From Camelus dromedarius (lineage: Eukaryota), in NCBI RefSeq assembly GCF_036321535.1, contig NC_087436.1, positions 84,632,001 to 84,696,000 of the forward strand: a stretch of DNA of 64,000 bases, given 5' to 3'. How positions within the stretch are numbered: position 1 is the stretch's first letter; the number at the start of each line of letters is the position of its first letter. The notes under the pieces were generated by a model that saw only the letters and a program-made list of their open reading frames with translations, ran no database searches and was not told where the DNA came from. The translations under genes and the position numbers were made by a program. This document shows, in pieces, positions 26,960 to 39,505 of the stretch.

Positions 26960-27868
26960 TCTTTGATACTCTTCTGTGTTGCAATTAATCACTTAGCAGT
27001 ATTAAAAAACCCAAGACCTTGAGGATAAGTATCAGAACCAGCAGCACTGACTGGTCGTGTTCTAGCTGTCAAATGCAAGAACAGACAAATCTCTGGGTTA
27101 TTTTGTGATATTCATACGTATAAACCAAACATGTTTTTAAAAGGGCAGGACAACCCAAATCAGATAGATAACTGTCTTTCACAAAATATGAAACAAAACC
27201 CAAACTGCTAATTGCTGGCATTAATGCTACTGAGTCATGGTTCACACGTGAATATTTATAACCACTCTCCTCATTACTGTGGCATAGTATCTACCTTCAC
27301 ATCAGATTTTAGGATCCTTCAGGTAGGAAATCATGGACCAGAGCTTCGTAATCAGAGTTGAAAGGACACTTGATTAGTAGGTAATGAGCAGCCACTCAAG
27401 ATTCTTAAGGAGAAACACTGTATATCCTGAGATGTAACAACTTGCACCGTGTAAATTGATGTGAAGAAGGCTAAGATTTTCTAAAATTATTTGACTGATA
27501 GCTTACTAATAAAGAGCAACTTGATAACTTCTTCAAAAAGTAAATTATGCTTCCCTAGCTTATTTGTGGTTTTCAGTTTTAAAATTATTGTGAGTCATCC
27601 CTTCAAATAGCAAACATTAGTAAACGTTTGCTGTGTCTGGCACTGTGCTTGCTGGTGGTGGCTGGGCTTCAAAGACACAGGACCAGACTCTCTGCTATTC
27701 AACAGAACAGTAAATATAAACAAATAATTATGAAAATGTGACCAGTGAGAGCACAGAGATACAAAGTACTACAGGAACTAAGAGAATTAACTCAGCGAGA
27801 TCTAAACCTCAACTACTTTGAAATCAAGACTGAATTCTGTGCTAGCAAATTTTTATATATAACGAATT

Positions 27869-28076
27869 TTATATAGATAAAATAGATACATAAAATAGGT
27901 AAACAAGTTTATACTGTATGGCAGAGGGAACTATATTCAATATTTTGTAGGAATCTATAATGAAATATACCAAAAGGAATATATGGATGTACACGTATGA
28001 CTGGAACATTATGCTGTACACCAGAAGTTGATGCAACACTGTAAACTGACTACAATACAAAAAAAAAAAAAAAAAA
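27869..28076 (+). mobile_element. Young L1 3' end with poly-A
   Basis: agggaactatattcaatatt...gtaaactgactacaatac then poly-A. Confidence 0.9.
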
Positions 28077-28269
28077 GAATTCTGACACATATGTCGGAAT
28101 TAAATATATAAACAGTGAAAGCTGATTTTGCATGGACATTTTCTTCACATTCAAGCAGTGTGATCATTTTGAACAGTTTCATCTTCATGGAAATCTATTT
28201 AATTAATTTTACCGCCAGATCCTGAAATCAGAATGTCTCAGATAAACGGGCACAGTGAAAATGGTGGAT

Positions 28270-28620
28270 TAAAGTGCAATCAGCTACAGGATGGTGGAAA
28301 AAAAGAAGGGCACCATCGGGACAGCTGTGCTTTGGAGAATGGCGTAGACAGTGATGCGGTTAACAAACTCTGAAACAGAATGAGCAGATATGATCAGTTC
28401 ATAAGTTAATTTTTAGACCCAATGGGTGTGAGATGCCTATGGGACAACAATATGCAGATGTCCAGCAGAAGCTGGAAAAGCAGGTCTGCAATCATAAGAG
28501 AGGTGGGGCTTGCTGGGAGAGCTTGAGAAGTCATCAGCTGAGAGATGGGAATTAGAATCACCCAGCTGGATGAGACTGGCTACAGAGAGTATGTGTCAGT
28601 GAAAAGACTAAGAATGGAAC
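28270..28620 (-). mobile_element. L2 fragment
   Basis: gagatgcctatgggaca...gatgtccagcagaagctgga...gtcatcagc. Confidence 0.6.
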
Positions 28621-28724
28621 TTGATTATATATGGTCTCAACGTTATTCCTTACAATTTTACCTTGTCACGAAAAAGCATGAACTTCCCTAAACTACAGGT
28701 TGCTGTCTTTTACTTCTTTCATTC

Positions 28725-28975
28725 AGAGTAGCTGCTAAGAGCATGGGCTCTGTGACAGACAGTCCTAACTCTGCCACTCAGGAGCTGGGTGATCATGGGT
28801 AAGTTACATAACCTCTCTGGGCCTCAGTTTCCTTACCTGTATAATGAGGATCTTGCAGTAACCACTATGTTTGGTTTTTCTGAGAAGCAGATGAGATGAC
28901 ATGTGAAAAGTGCTTTGCACAGTGTCTGGCACAGAGAAAGCACTCAATAAATGTTAGCTACTATGATGGTGATGA
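28725..28975 (+). mobile_element. MIR SINE, near full length
   Basis: aagagcatgggctctg...gggcctcagtttccttacctgt...cactcaataaatgttagct. Confidence 0.9.
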
Positions 28976-31102
28976 TGAATCCACCACAGAACTTACCAGA
29001 ATTCTGGCCATACAGCAAGAACTTAATAAACACTGGCTGTATTGTTAATATGTTTTTAACTTCTATTTTAATTTCCCAAAGGATGGCCCATATAAAGAGT
29101 ATTTTGTTGATTTGAGTAAAACAAAATTCACTATATAATAAATACAGACTCAGTATATTCTCTGATTATGTACATACAATCATCACTCTGTAAAAGAACT
29201 TGATTGAGAAGTTACTGCATTGAAGGAAATTGCACTCTTGTATTCTTTCCCTGTTGATATTAGTAACAACCCGAGGTCTCTGATTCTTTCCTACTTTAAA
29301 CAGTTCAAGACTCCATGAACAAAAAATAAAACAAAACCCTAGGTTTCCTAATCATCCACTACAACAAAGGATGAAAATGTTTTAGGGCAGAACTAACCAA
29401 GATGTGCTCAAAACTTCCATGGTTTATGGCTCCATTACTTCACTTATCAGCCTGTATCATAATTAGCCAAGTGGGAGTCTATTTCTCCCCTTAGATTTGT
29501 AGGCACTTTGAAGTCAAAAAATGTACTGTTTTCATCACTACAGCCTCGGAACCCAAACCAGTACTTAGCGTGTGGTAGATACTCAGTAGTGTTTTAATGA
29601 ATGAATATATCAATGAATGAACAAACAAACAAAAGAAAGAACTCAGGAGCATGCAGGACAAGAAAAGGGATAATCTGGATTGTAGGCAAAATAAGGAGGG
29701 GCGCAAGGTGACCTCTGCGGTCCCTTCTGGTCCAGTTGATGATTAGCGTATGGTCGATGTCTCTCATCATAATGGCATGACATGTGTCCACTGCCATTAA
29801 TGATGAAAATCTGTCAGTAGAATAGAAACAAATGATACAGAGGACAGGCTTCATTTTAGCTGTTTCAATATTCAAAAAGTATTGCTGTTTTTATGAAAAA
29901 GCAATTTTAAAAATTAAAAATCCAGTCACTTGGAAAAAGTCAAAACAGGAAGATGTGTTATGGCACATATTTTTAAACTGCTTAAGTTTACTTACAATAA
30001 GGAGGCTAAAAAAAGATAGGGCAGGCTTGACAAACTTGGTGATGAGAACTGAAATTACTGCAGAAGAGAGTGTAAATATCCAGTCCTTTTAAGAAACCTA
30101 CTCTTAAGCAAAGATCCTTCTCTATGTCCTATATGATCACCACTGTGCAGGACACAGGAATCAGAAGGACCTGGGATTCAATTACAGCTCTGTTACTGAC
30201 TCCGACCTTGTAAAAGGAAGACAAGAATGTCTGCCCCATAGAAATGAAGACCATGATGCCCACAATGGCTGTCTACATAGGGTTTATCCTGCCATGTCTA
30301 GGCTCTGGATAAAATTGGTTCCATTCATTTCCTTCTTACAAAAGTTCTTTTCCCCAATGCTATTATGAAACCAGAACATCAATGCTAGGCTTCCTGAGTC
30401 AAAGAGCAGAAGTGGTGTCATTCATGGAACTGGATAAGATCCACGTACCCACAGGAGAAAGAACATTTATTATAATCTCTGATAGGCTGGAACTGGTACA
30501 ACTTATCACCTTCCAGACAGAGAATATGACTAAGCTTGATGGTTAAAGCAATTATTCAAGAGTGCAGGCAGAGGAAAGCACAGCGCTGCCAACACCTAAC
30601 ACTGACTGGCAAGGAGACAGATGAGCTGATGTTTTGGATTCTGAAAATGGGTCACTGTATCCTCAGCAGTAGCCTCAGAATTCTAGTGACTGTAAAACCA
30701 GTCAGTAAAACAGAGAATGCTGACCAGAGGAATAGAGCAGTAGGGATGAAAACAATTAACTCTGATGGTTCTGGCTACATTAGTATCACATAATTTGCAA
30801 GGTATGAAATCATTTTGTTTCTAACAAGAAGAGACGGTCCTGAAATAGCTTTCTCTCGGGTTCTCACTTCCTCATCCCTCTCAAAGTTGCTAACTGGAGA
30901 AATAGTGAAACAAACAGCAACGGCTCGAAAGTCAACAACTCCGGTTGCGTTCCTGGTTTATGCTTCATTACTTTAACATCTTTGAATCTCCACTTTCTCA
31001 GTGCAAGTTGGGTGAGGGTGGACCACCTATCTCTGAAGCATCTTCCAACACTAAAACTGAGTCTAGATTCCTAAATTTCGATTTTAAAACAAACTATGCT
31101 TA

Positions 31103-31179
31103 GGGGGAGAGAAATAGTTCAGTGGTAGAGTGCCTGCTTAGCATGCAGGAGCTCCTGGGTTCAATCCCCAGTACCTCCA

Positions 31180-31243
<64 letters not shown>

Positions 31244-31245
31244 AA
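31103..31245 (+). mobile_element. tRNA-Ala-derived camelid SINE with expanded (TAAA)n tail
   Basis: cagtggtagagtgcctgcttagcatgc...gggttcaatccccagtacctcc; (TAAA)n at 31181-31244. Confidence 0.9.
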
Positions 31246-31889
31246 GAATGAACTTTGCTCTATTTCACTGGCAACACCAATCTTCTATTTCTATAAAGGC
31301 TTTGCCATTATCTCACTGGAAAAATAAAGGAGTACATACATGATCATATTTTTTTCCAGTAAGATAAGAACATTAATTATTATCGGAGATCTGGAGGTAA
31401 AGACGATTTGTCCAAAAGTCACCCTAATATTCTGGGATTTAGAAAATGCAGTCTTTTTTTTTTTTAAGGCAAAATGAATAGGTCCAGAGTGAAATAAAAG
31501 TACTTTTAAAATTTTTATAGCTCTAAAACATTGTGTTCTTAAATAGGCATGAGCAGCTCTAACACAGGTGTGAACAATGCTCAGTGCTTTACAGGAACAG
31601 CGAAAAAGGAGAGCCCTCTGATGCTTCAAGTCTCAGTTCAAATGCCACACTCCCTTCAGAGATCTTTCTGGACCTCTGCTCACCCCACCCCCACCCCCTC
31701 CAGGGGTCAGAATTACTATAACTTGAACTCCAGTGACCTTCCACAGCGTTTTTTTTAATCAGTATCTTTTATAGCACATACAGCTTTCTTCCCGGATTAC
31801 AAACACTGATGCACATGCTTTATCTCATATAAGATCATCATATTCCTTGTAATAATAAATAAATACTTGGAAAAATCAATGATTCTCCA

Positions 31890-32230
31890 GAACAATGGCT
31901 TTCGATGTTTTTTTTTAACTAGAATGCACAGGTAAGAAGTATTTTACATTGTGCCCCAGAACACATATACTACATATAAATAGAAATATTTAAATGAAAC
32001 AAGTGTTTCACAAACACTTGCCCTAATCAGGTTAAGATACACTCTGAACATTGTAACTGAGACTATAACTCAATAAAAAAAGTAAAAAAAAAGTTAAGAT
32101 ACACTCTGATATTCTCTATTCTTTTCTATTTTACTCTATTTCATTCTTTTTAATAATCATAGCAATGGACTAGACTGACGTTTATGACCATTTAATGAAT
32201 CTTGCCCTCCAGTTTCAAAATTAGTGCTCG
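31890..32230. mobile_element. Non-autonomous hAT-Charlie element (Charlie18a/MER-like)
   Basis: actctgatattctctattc...ctatttcatt...cagtttcaaaattagtg; subfamily uncertain. Confidence 0.55.
32048..32092 (+). mobile_element. Extremely truncated young L1 tail (45 bp)
   Basis: acattgtaactgagactataactcaataaaa with A tail; perfect 17-bp TSD gttaagatacactctga (32031-32047, 32093-32109). Confidence 0.85.
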
Positions 32231-32289
32231 AGAAAAGTTTTGAAAAGAGAAAGAAATATTTAAAGGAAGATATGTTTTCTGAAATGTAT

Positions 32290-32765
32290 TTCATAGTTGG
32301 ACTACCCAAAAATCATTCACAATCTACTTATTCCTCACCTTCCTACAGATGCTGCAAAGCTAAATACTTATCTTCCCAGGCTCCCTTGCAGCTATGCACA
32401 GCCATGACCCATTTCTGGCAAATGAGGTGTAAGTAGAGTCAATGGACTGCCCTTATGAACATCTGTTAAAGGGGCTGAATTCTCTTGGATGCCCGTCAGC
32501 CCTTTGCCCTTCTTCCCCTTCTTCTTGCCTGAAATGTGCAGACAACACCTGGGGATGGGATGGACACCTACTGACAAGTATGAGAACAAGATCTACAAGG
32601 AGGAACATAAGAAGAGAAGGAACCCAAGTCCATGGCAACATCACAGAGCCACCAGATCAGCCACGGTTTGTACACCCCAGACATTTCATTATGTGAGACA
32701 AATAACAGCCTTACTTGCTTAAGCCACTTTTAGGATTTTGGTTATTTATAGCTGGACATATTCCA
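32290..32765 (+). mobile_element. Old MLT1 MaLR LTR
   Basis: ttcccaggctcccttgcagct...atgacccatttctggcaaatgag...gcttaagccac. Confidence 0.7.
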
Positions 32766-33689
32766 AAATGGTCCTATACTCAATACACATTTTTGGACTT
32801 CAATGATCCTCCATGAGAGGTAAATTTTTTTTAGAAGGGAGATGGGAGTCTTTAGAAGGAAGGGAATCTTTTCTGAAATTTATTATGGAGGGCCTCCAGT
32901 GCTTTTACTTACATAAGAAAGGCTTTGGAGATGTCCAGTATGGAAAATGCCTACTGTGATCTGTTCATAGAAAAGAATCCCTTTTTGTAAAAATTTAAAT
33001 TGTAAAGTACTTGTTTAATTTCATCCCCAGGCACAGTGCTAGTCACTGAAGGTACCACAAAGAATAGAAGACTGAGAAGCTTATAGTCTGGTACAAGAAG
33101 TAAAGAGATAACAGGTCTGTATATCATGAGATAAATGCTATGACAGGTGCCAACAGGGCACTGGGGAGTGGTGGGGGAGGCCAAGATGAGACAGAAGGGA
33201 TTCACACGCCTTTCAAAGGGCAATAAAAACTAACAAATTTTGTTCAATTGTCTTAGCAACTTCATTTCTCCTCTAAAAATGCATCGAAAAAGATTATTTT
33301 TAAGTGGAATAATGTGCAGAAATACCTTCCCATGGCCTCCAATGAAACACTTCTATGATCGCTAAAAACATCCCATGGAAAAGAATTTTGTTTTTTTCAA
33401 TTAAATCTCCGAATAGCTTTTTGCAAACTAGGAAAAAGGCTTACTGCCTGTCAATTCACATCACAGTTATCTTGCATTTGTCAGTTAAACTGGTACAACA
33501 GTGGGTGTCAAATGACCTCTATTTTAGCACTTGGAAAAGATCAACAACAAAAGATAACTGATATTTTTATTTATCATCACACACTAGAACAACAGACAGT
33601 GGACTAATCAGAACAATAAGGCAGTAAATTTTGTCAAATAAAAAAGATAAAAACAAAAATTTAAAACAACAAACTTAGAAACAAGGATT

Positions 33690-33695
33690 TTTATT
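33690..33695 (-). terminator. Candidate Pol II polyadenylation signal
   Basis: Minus strand gcTGTAttAATAAAaatcc followed by a GU/U-rich tract. Confidence 0.3.
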
Positions 33696-34329
33696 AATAC
33701 AGCAACTTAGCTAATCGAATCAAGCTATTAGAACAAAGTCCACATTAAGATCGCAGTGACCTTAATACACTGTTTGCAACATTATAACCAGACTCTAACA
33801 GATAGACAGACCCACTTAAGTCTATCTAGGATTTTTTTTTTTTTGTCTTAGATCGAAAACCGTTAGTCACAGTGGCTGTATTTTCAAACCGAAGATTAAC
33901 TTAGCTTAATTACTAAAATTGAAACTAACTTAAAAAACCAGGACCCCAATACAAACAAACACTATGCCCGACCCCCGCTGGCCAGAAGAAATGGGGGTGA
34001 AGGAGAGCAAAGGACTGTGTTAAACATGGATTTCAAACAATATGGTTTAGGTGCAATTTCTATGCTAGCCTATGAGTGTCTTTTTTTCCTCAAAGAAAAC
34101 AAAAGGTTTTGAAGAAGGTTTAGGTAACCAGGACAACTGGCAAATTGTCATGAAAACAAAGTCGGTGCCTCTAACAAATCCTTCAGCTGCTTTTCATCGT
34201 TCTTTTCTTTAGTCTTATGGTTGCCACTTGGGACCATAAAAAATTCACTTCTTCGGGCAAATTACATATTTTAAACTTCTCAAATAACTTCTATTTGGGG
34301 CCCTAGTTTTCACTTTTATTTACTTGCTT

Positions 34330-35720
34330 TCCTTTTTTATATTTATGTTTCCTTGACACCAAAGTTACACATACAGGCAGTTTAAAGAATCAAATAGTTC
34401 TGCACGGCTCATTACACAAGCAGTGTCTTCCCATCCCATTTTTCCCACTTCCCAGAGGCAACCACATTCAGACTTCTTCGTTGTTTCTTTTGGCACTGAT
34501 CTCTGTATCTTCAAAGGCAAAGCTATGTTGCTACTCTTGATTTTTTTTAGCTATAAGAGTTTATTATCTTTTGCTTTCCCATTATGGAAATCAACCCTCC
34601 TCCCAAGCCACACGCACACACCCCCACTTCTCATCCTCCCACTATAGTTATACCATCTTTTTGAACAGTTCTATATTCGAAGTCTACATTATCATCGCAT
34701 AAATGCTATTTACTGCTGAGCCACGTGGTACGCTAATAATTCTTCTTTCCTTGAAAAACTCCTATTCCCACCTTAACCCCACCTTCAGGGACTGACCTAT
34801 TTTTTTTTGTTTTTTTTTAAACGTATTTAACACCAATTATTTTGAAAATTCTCCACAAAGTGTCTACAACTTCTCTTCACGAGCTGAATCAAGAATTCTG
34901 TCAATTTCATCCTCCGGGAGACACCGCCTCCAATATTTCTGATCTGCTCAAATCTGGACTATTTCCCCCAGGCCTCCAGCAAAGCTCTCATCTTGAGACG
35001 TTCCTTCACCATTGTCCTGAAGATTCCCTTTGCCTCATTTTTTGTGTTAAATCTATTATTTTCTTGCTTTTCGTGTTTTTCTATCTTTTTTGACAACCTC
35101 ACTTTGATGAAGCGTATCTTCCAGTAACTTCCTGGGAAGTAAAATTTTTGAAACCTTGAATGCCTGAAAATGTATTTATTCTACCCTCATACACTGTTTG
35201 CCAAAAGATAGAATCCTAGGGTGAAAATACTTCCTCCAGAATTTTGACGGCATTGTTTCATTTCCTTACTGTATTCTTCCTACTGCTTTACTGTGTCTCT
35301 GTGTTCCAACAGTGCCATTCTGATTCTCTTACCTTTAAGTATGTAACACGTTTCGCCATTCTCTCTAGAAGCTCTTAAGATCTTCTCTTTATCCTGGATA
35401 TTTTGCCATGTCACACCAGGAGTCTTCCTTATGGCTCCACTGGCATCTATTGTGCTGAGAGCTCAATGGGCCTTTTCAATTTAGAAGCTCATGGCCCCCA
35501 GTTCTGGGAATCTGTGAAATATTTTTTTGATGACTTTCTTCCTTCCATTACTCCTTTGTGCATCTCCTATGATTGGGTTGTTGGGCCTCCAGTACTGATA
35601 TTCTAACTTTCTTAAATTTTTTATCTTTGTCTTTTTTCCTCTGTCTTCTGAGAGTTTTCCTCAACTTTATCTTCCAAACCTTTTCATTATATTTTTTATT
35701 TACCTATGGTATTTTAATTC
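34330..35720 (-). mobile_element. Very old L1 (L1M/HAL1-like) fragments
   Basis: ctgaaaatgtatttattctaccctc...atagaatcctagggtgaaaat; ggatattttgccatg. Confidence 0.6.
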
Positions 35721-37035
35721 CTTCTTTTTCATATTTAATTTTGAAATAATTTTAAATTTACACAAGTGCTGCAAGAATTTTACAGTGCATACATACCTTT
35801 CACTCCGTTTTCTCTAACATCAACAACATACACAATCACAGCACAATTAGCAAAGCCAGAAAGTTAACATTGCTATAATACTCTTAACGAAACTATTGGC
35901 TTTATTCAAGCTTCACCAGTTTTGCCCCTGAAGACGCGTTTCTGTTCCAGGATCCAATCCAGGATCCCACACTCCGTTTAGTTGTTACGGCTCCTTAATC
36001 TCCAATCTGAGACAGATCCTCAGTCTTTCCTTATCTTTCATACTTTGATACCTGGGATGAGTACCAGTCAAGTCACAGTATTTGGTATATCCTCCCAATT
36101 TGAGTTTGTCTGATATTTTCTCATGATTGGATTGAGGTTATGCATTTTTGCAAAAATACCAGAGAAACGATGTGTGTCCTTCAAAGTGCACCATATCAAG
36201 GATATTAATATATTGTATTTTGGGTGGTGTTGATCTCTTTTTTTTTAATTAAAGTATGGTTGATTTACAATGTGTTAGCTTCTGGTGTACAGCAAAGTGA
36301 TTCAAATATGTATATATATTCTTATATTCTTTTTCACATTCTTTTCCATTACAGTTTATTACAGGACATTGAATATAGTTCCCCATGCTATACAGTGGGA
36401 CCTTGTTGTTTATCTACTTTATATATAGTAGTGTGTATCTGCTAATCCCAAAGTCCTAATTTACCCCTCCTCACCCCCTTTCCCGTTTGGTAACTATAAG
36501 TTTGTTTTCTATGTCTGTGAGTCTACTTCTGTTTTGTAAATAAGTTCATTTGTATCATATTTTAGATTCCACATGTAAGTGATATCATATATTTGTCCTT
36601 CTCTATGTGACTTACTTCATTTAGTATAATAATCTCTAGGTCCCTCCATGTTGCCATAAATGGCATTATTTCATTCTTTTTTATGGCTAAGTAGTAGTTC
36701 ATTGTGTATATATATCGCATCTTCTTTATCCAGTCATCTGTCAATGGACATTTGGGTTGCTTCCATGTCTTGGCTGTTGTAAATAATGCTGCTGTGAACA
36801 CAAGCATGCATGTATCTTTTCAAGTTACAAATTTCTCTGGATATATGCCCAGGAGTGGGATTGCTGGGTCATACGGCAACTCTATTTTCAGTTTTTTTTA
36901 AGGAACCTCCATGTTGTTTTCCATAGTTGCTGCACCAATTTACACTCCTGGAGGTCTTAATCTTGATCACTTAGTTAAGGTGGTGTCTCCCATGTTTCTC
37001 AACTGTAAATGTAGTATTTTTCCCTTTGTAATTGA
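35720..37035 (-). mobile_element. L1MC-type 3' UTR, interrupted by a young L1
   Basis: tctgttccaggatccaatccaggatcccacac; resumes tgatcacttagttaaggtggtgtct. Confidence 0.75.
36237..36950 (-). mobile_element. Young L1 (ORF2 C-terminus and 3' UTR)
   Basis: Minus ORF 36562-36807 FTAALFTTAKTWKQPKCP is the L1 ORF2 C-terminus; degenerate TSD ggtgttgatct / ggtcttaatct. Confidence 0.92.
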
Positions 37036-37729
37036 AAAAAGGTAGCAGGCAGGCAAGCAATTAAGTTAATTAGCCCATTTTAACCAAAAGGAAGTGCTCT
37101 GGATTAACTTGTTTACTGTTTTTCCTGTATTCCATCTAAAACAAACAGAAAAGGGACCTTTTCCTTCTGAAAACTTCAAAAATAAGTAGTCATCCAAGGC
37201 AACAGGATTTTCAACATCCTTAGGTCTAACACAGTCTGGGGATCTAAATACATAGTGGTTTTATGGCTCCTTTTGTTAAATAAGACTAAAAATTTGGCAA
37301 GAAACTAGCAATGATCTAATGTTTGAATCTTAGCTTGGACAAAAATGTAGGTACCTCCCTGAGAAGAAAAAAAACCATATACAATGTGTCAAGCCCATCA
37401 CCTATATCAATCCATTTTCATCTTGCCTCCCAGCAGTAAATGCCCATCTCAGCAATGACAACATCTGTGTTCACCTTCCCAAAAGTAGAATACATATCTG
37501 GATTGGATGATCTGAAGACTAGGCTCTAAACTGGAAACTCCAAAAATGAAAAGGACACCCCATTTTCACTACTAGAGGGAGCCCTGAATGGACCAAAAGG
37601 ACTGCCAGGGCTGGTGGGCCCTGGGAAAACCAAAAGCTAAAGAAATGGGAAGTTGGAAAACTGGAAAGAGGAAAGAAGAGATGGAAAAAAGTATAGGTTT
37701 AGAAACAAGAAAAGAGAAGAAAAGGAATA

Positions 37730-37910
37730 ACAGTCACTAAAATTTACGAAATATGTGCCGGACACTGTTGAGTGCATTATCAAGAAGCAATAACCCTGTA
37801 AAGTGGGTGCTATCACTGCCCCCATTGTACAGAGGGGAGATATGGAGGCACCAAGAGGGTAATAACCTGTCCAAGGTCATACAGTAAGTGGCCAGGCCGT
37901 CTGACTTAGC
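37730..37910 (-). mobile_element. MIR SINE
   Basis: aataaccctgtaaagtggg...cccattgtacagagg...aacctgtccaaggtcatacag. Confidence 0.75.
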
Positions 37911-38710
37911 CACTGTTGCTCTTCAAATATTATGTCCACTGCCTCCTCTAGAAATTCATGTGCATGGTTGGCAAGTTTCACCAATTACCTCTGGTACCAC
38001 CCAAGGCACTATTATCTTACATTGCATAGCCTTAGTGTGAAAACAGAGCTTGGCCTTAAATATGCTTTGTGGTTTTCTAGTAAATATATTTGTGCTTTTC
38101 CACAAGGAAAACCTTCATAGTTCAATGGTGTTCATTAAAAGTTCTCATGTTCTTGTACAACTCAAATGAGATCTGATTATTAAAGGGCAACCTATTACAG
38201 AGGAACCAAGAAAAAAGAGGAAAAAAGAATAATGATTTCCCTTCTTGCACTCAGATAAGCTGGCCTTACTATTTGCTTTGGGGAACTATGTGACCTGCTC
38301 TGACTATAAAATAGCTTTCTTAAGGCTAATGAGAAAATTTCCACACAACTAACACTGAAAAGGTTTGCAGATTGGAATAAATCCATCTTGCCAGCCCAGG
38401 AACTTTCCAGATACACTATTCAGACTGACAGTGTCAGAAAGGTAGAGAAAAACATAGATCTCCTTCAATAAGGACAAGTGCTTTTAAACACTAGCGGTCT
38501 CCAGAGTTTCATTTTTTAATTCTGCAGAGTAGGATCCACTCTTGAGACATGAACTTCATGTCTCCTCTCACCGTGCTTTTGGCTATTTACAGTTTAGAAT
38601 TCTGAGGATCCCACAGGCCCTTCCCACCTCCAGCAGAAGTTGAAAGGACAGAGATGGTTTGGCTTGAAGATGTGTGGCCTGGGGACAAATTAAATTATAA
38701 ACAGCTTTAA

Positions 38711-39505
38711 TAAATAATGCAGAGGATGTGGAGAAAAGGGAACCTTCCTACACTGCTGAAGGGAATGCAGTTTGGTGCAGCCACTGTGGAAAACAGTATG
38801 GAGATTCTTCAAAAAACTAAAAACAGACTTATCATATGATCCAGCAATCCCACTCCTGGGCATATATCCAGAGGGAACTCTAATTCAAAAAGATACACAC
38901 ACCCCAATGTTCATAGGAGCACTATATACAATAGCCAAAACACGGAAGCAACCTAAATGTTCATCGACCAATGACTGAATAAAGAAGCTGTGGTATATTT
39001 ATACAATGGAATACTACTCAGCCACAAAAAGAATGAAAAAATGCCATTTGCAGCAACATGGATGGACCTAGAGATTGTCATTCTGAGTGAAGTAAGCCAG
39101 AAAGAGAAAGAAAAATACCATATGCTATCACTCATATGTGGAATCTAAAAAAAATGAAAGAAAAAGGACACTATGAACTCGTCTACAAAACAGAAACAGA
39201 TTCACAGACGTAGTAAACAATCTTATGGTTACCGGGAAAGGGGTGGGAAGGGATAAACTTAGGAGTTTGAGATTCGCAAATGTTAGCCACTATACATAAA
39301 AATAGATTTTTAAAAAACCCAAGTTTCTTCTGTATAGCACAGGGAACTATATTCAATATCTTGTAATAACCTTTAATAAAAAAGAATATGAAAATGAGTA
39401 TCTATATGTATATGCATGACTAGGACATTGTGCTGTACCCCAGAAACTGACACATTGTAACTGACTGTACTTCAATAAAAAAAATTTTTTTAAATAAAAT
39501 AAAAA
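38711..39505 (+). mobile_element. Young camelid-type L1, 5'-truncated
   Basis: ORF2 C-terminus [16 protein letters not shown]...[12 protein letters not shown]; 3' UTR; TSD ataaacagctttaa / ataaagagctttaa. Confidence 0.95.

Noticed and set aside
29735..29820. Possible C/D box snoRNA (TGATGA motifs)
   Set aside because: No suitably placed CTGA D box on either strand.
31103..31180. tRNA-Ala-like gene (also the other five copies)
   Set aside because: A-rich tails, TSDs and broken stems show these are SINEs, not functional tRNAs.
36562..36807. ORFs with KTWKQPKCP-like motifs (also 38772, 44263, 13023)
   Set aside because: Truncated L1 ORF2 remnants, not host genes.
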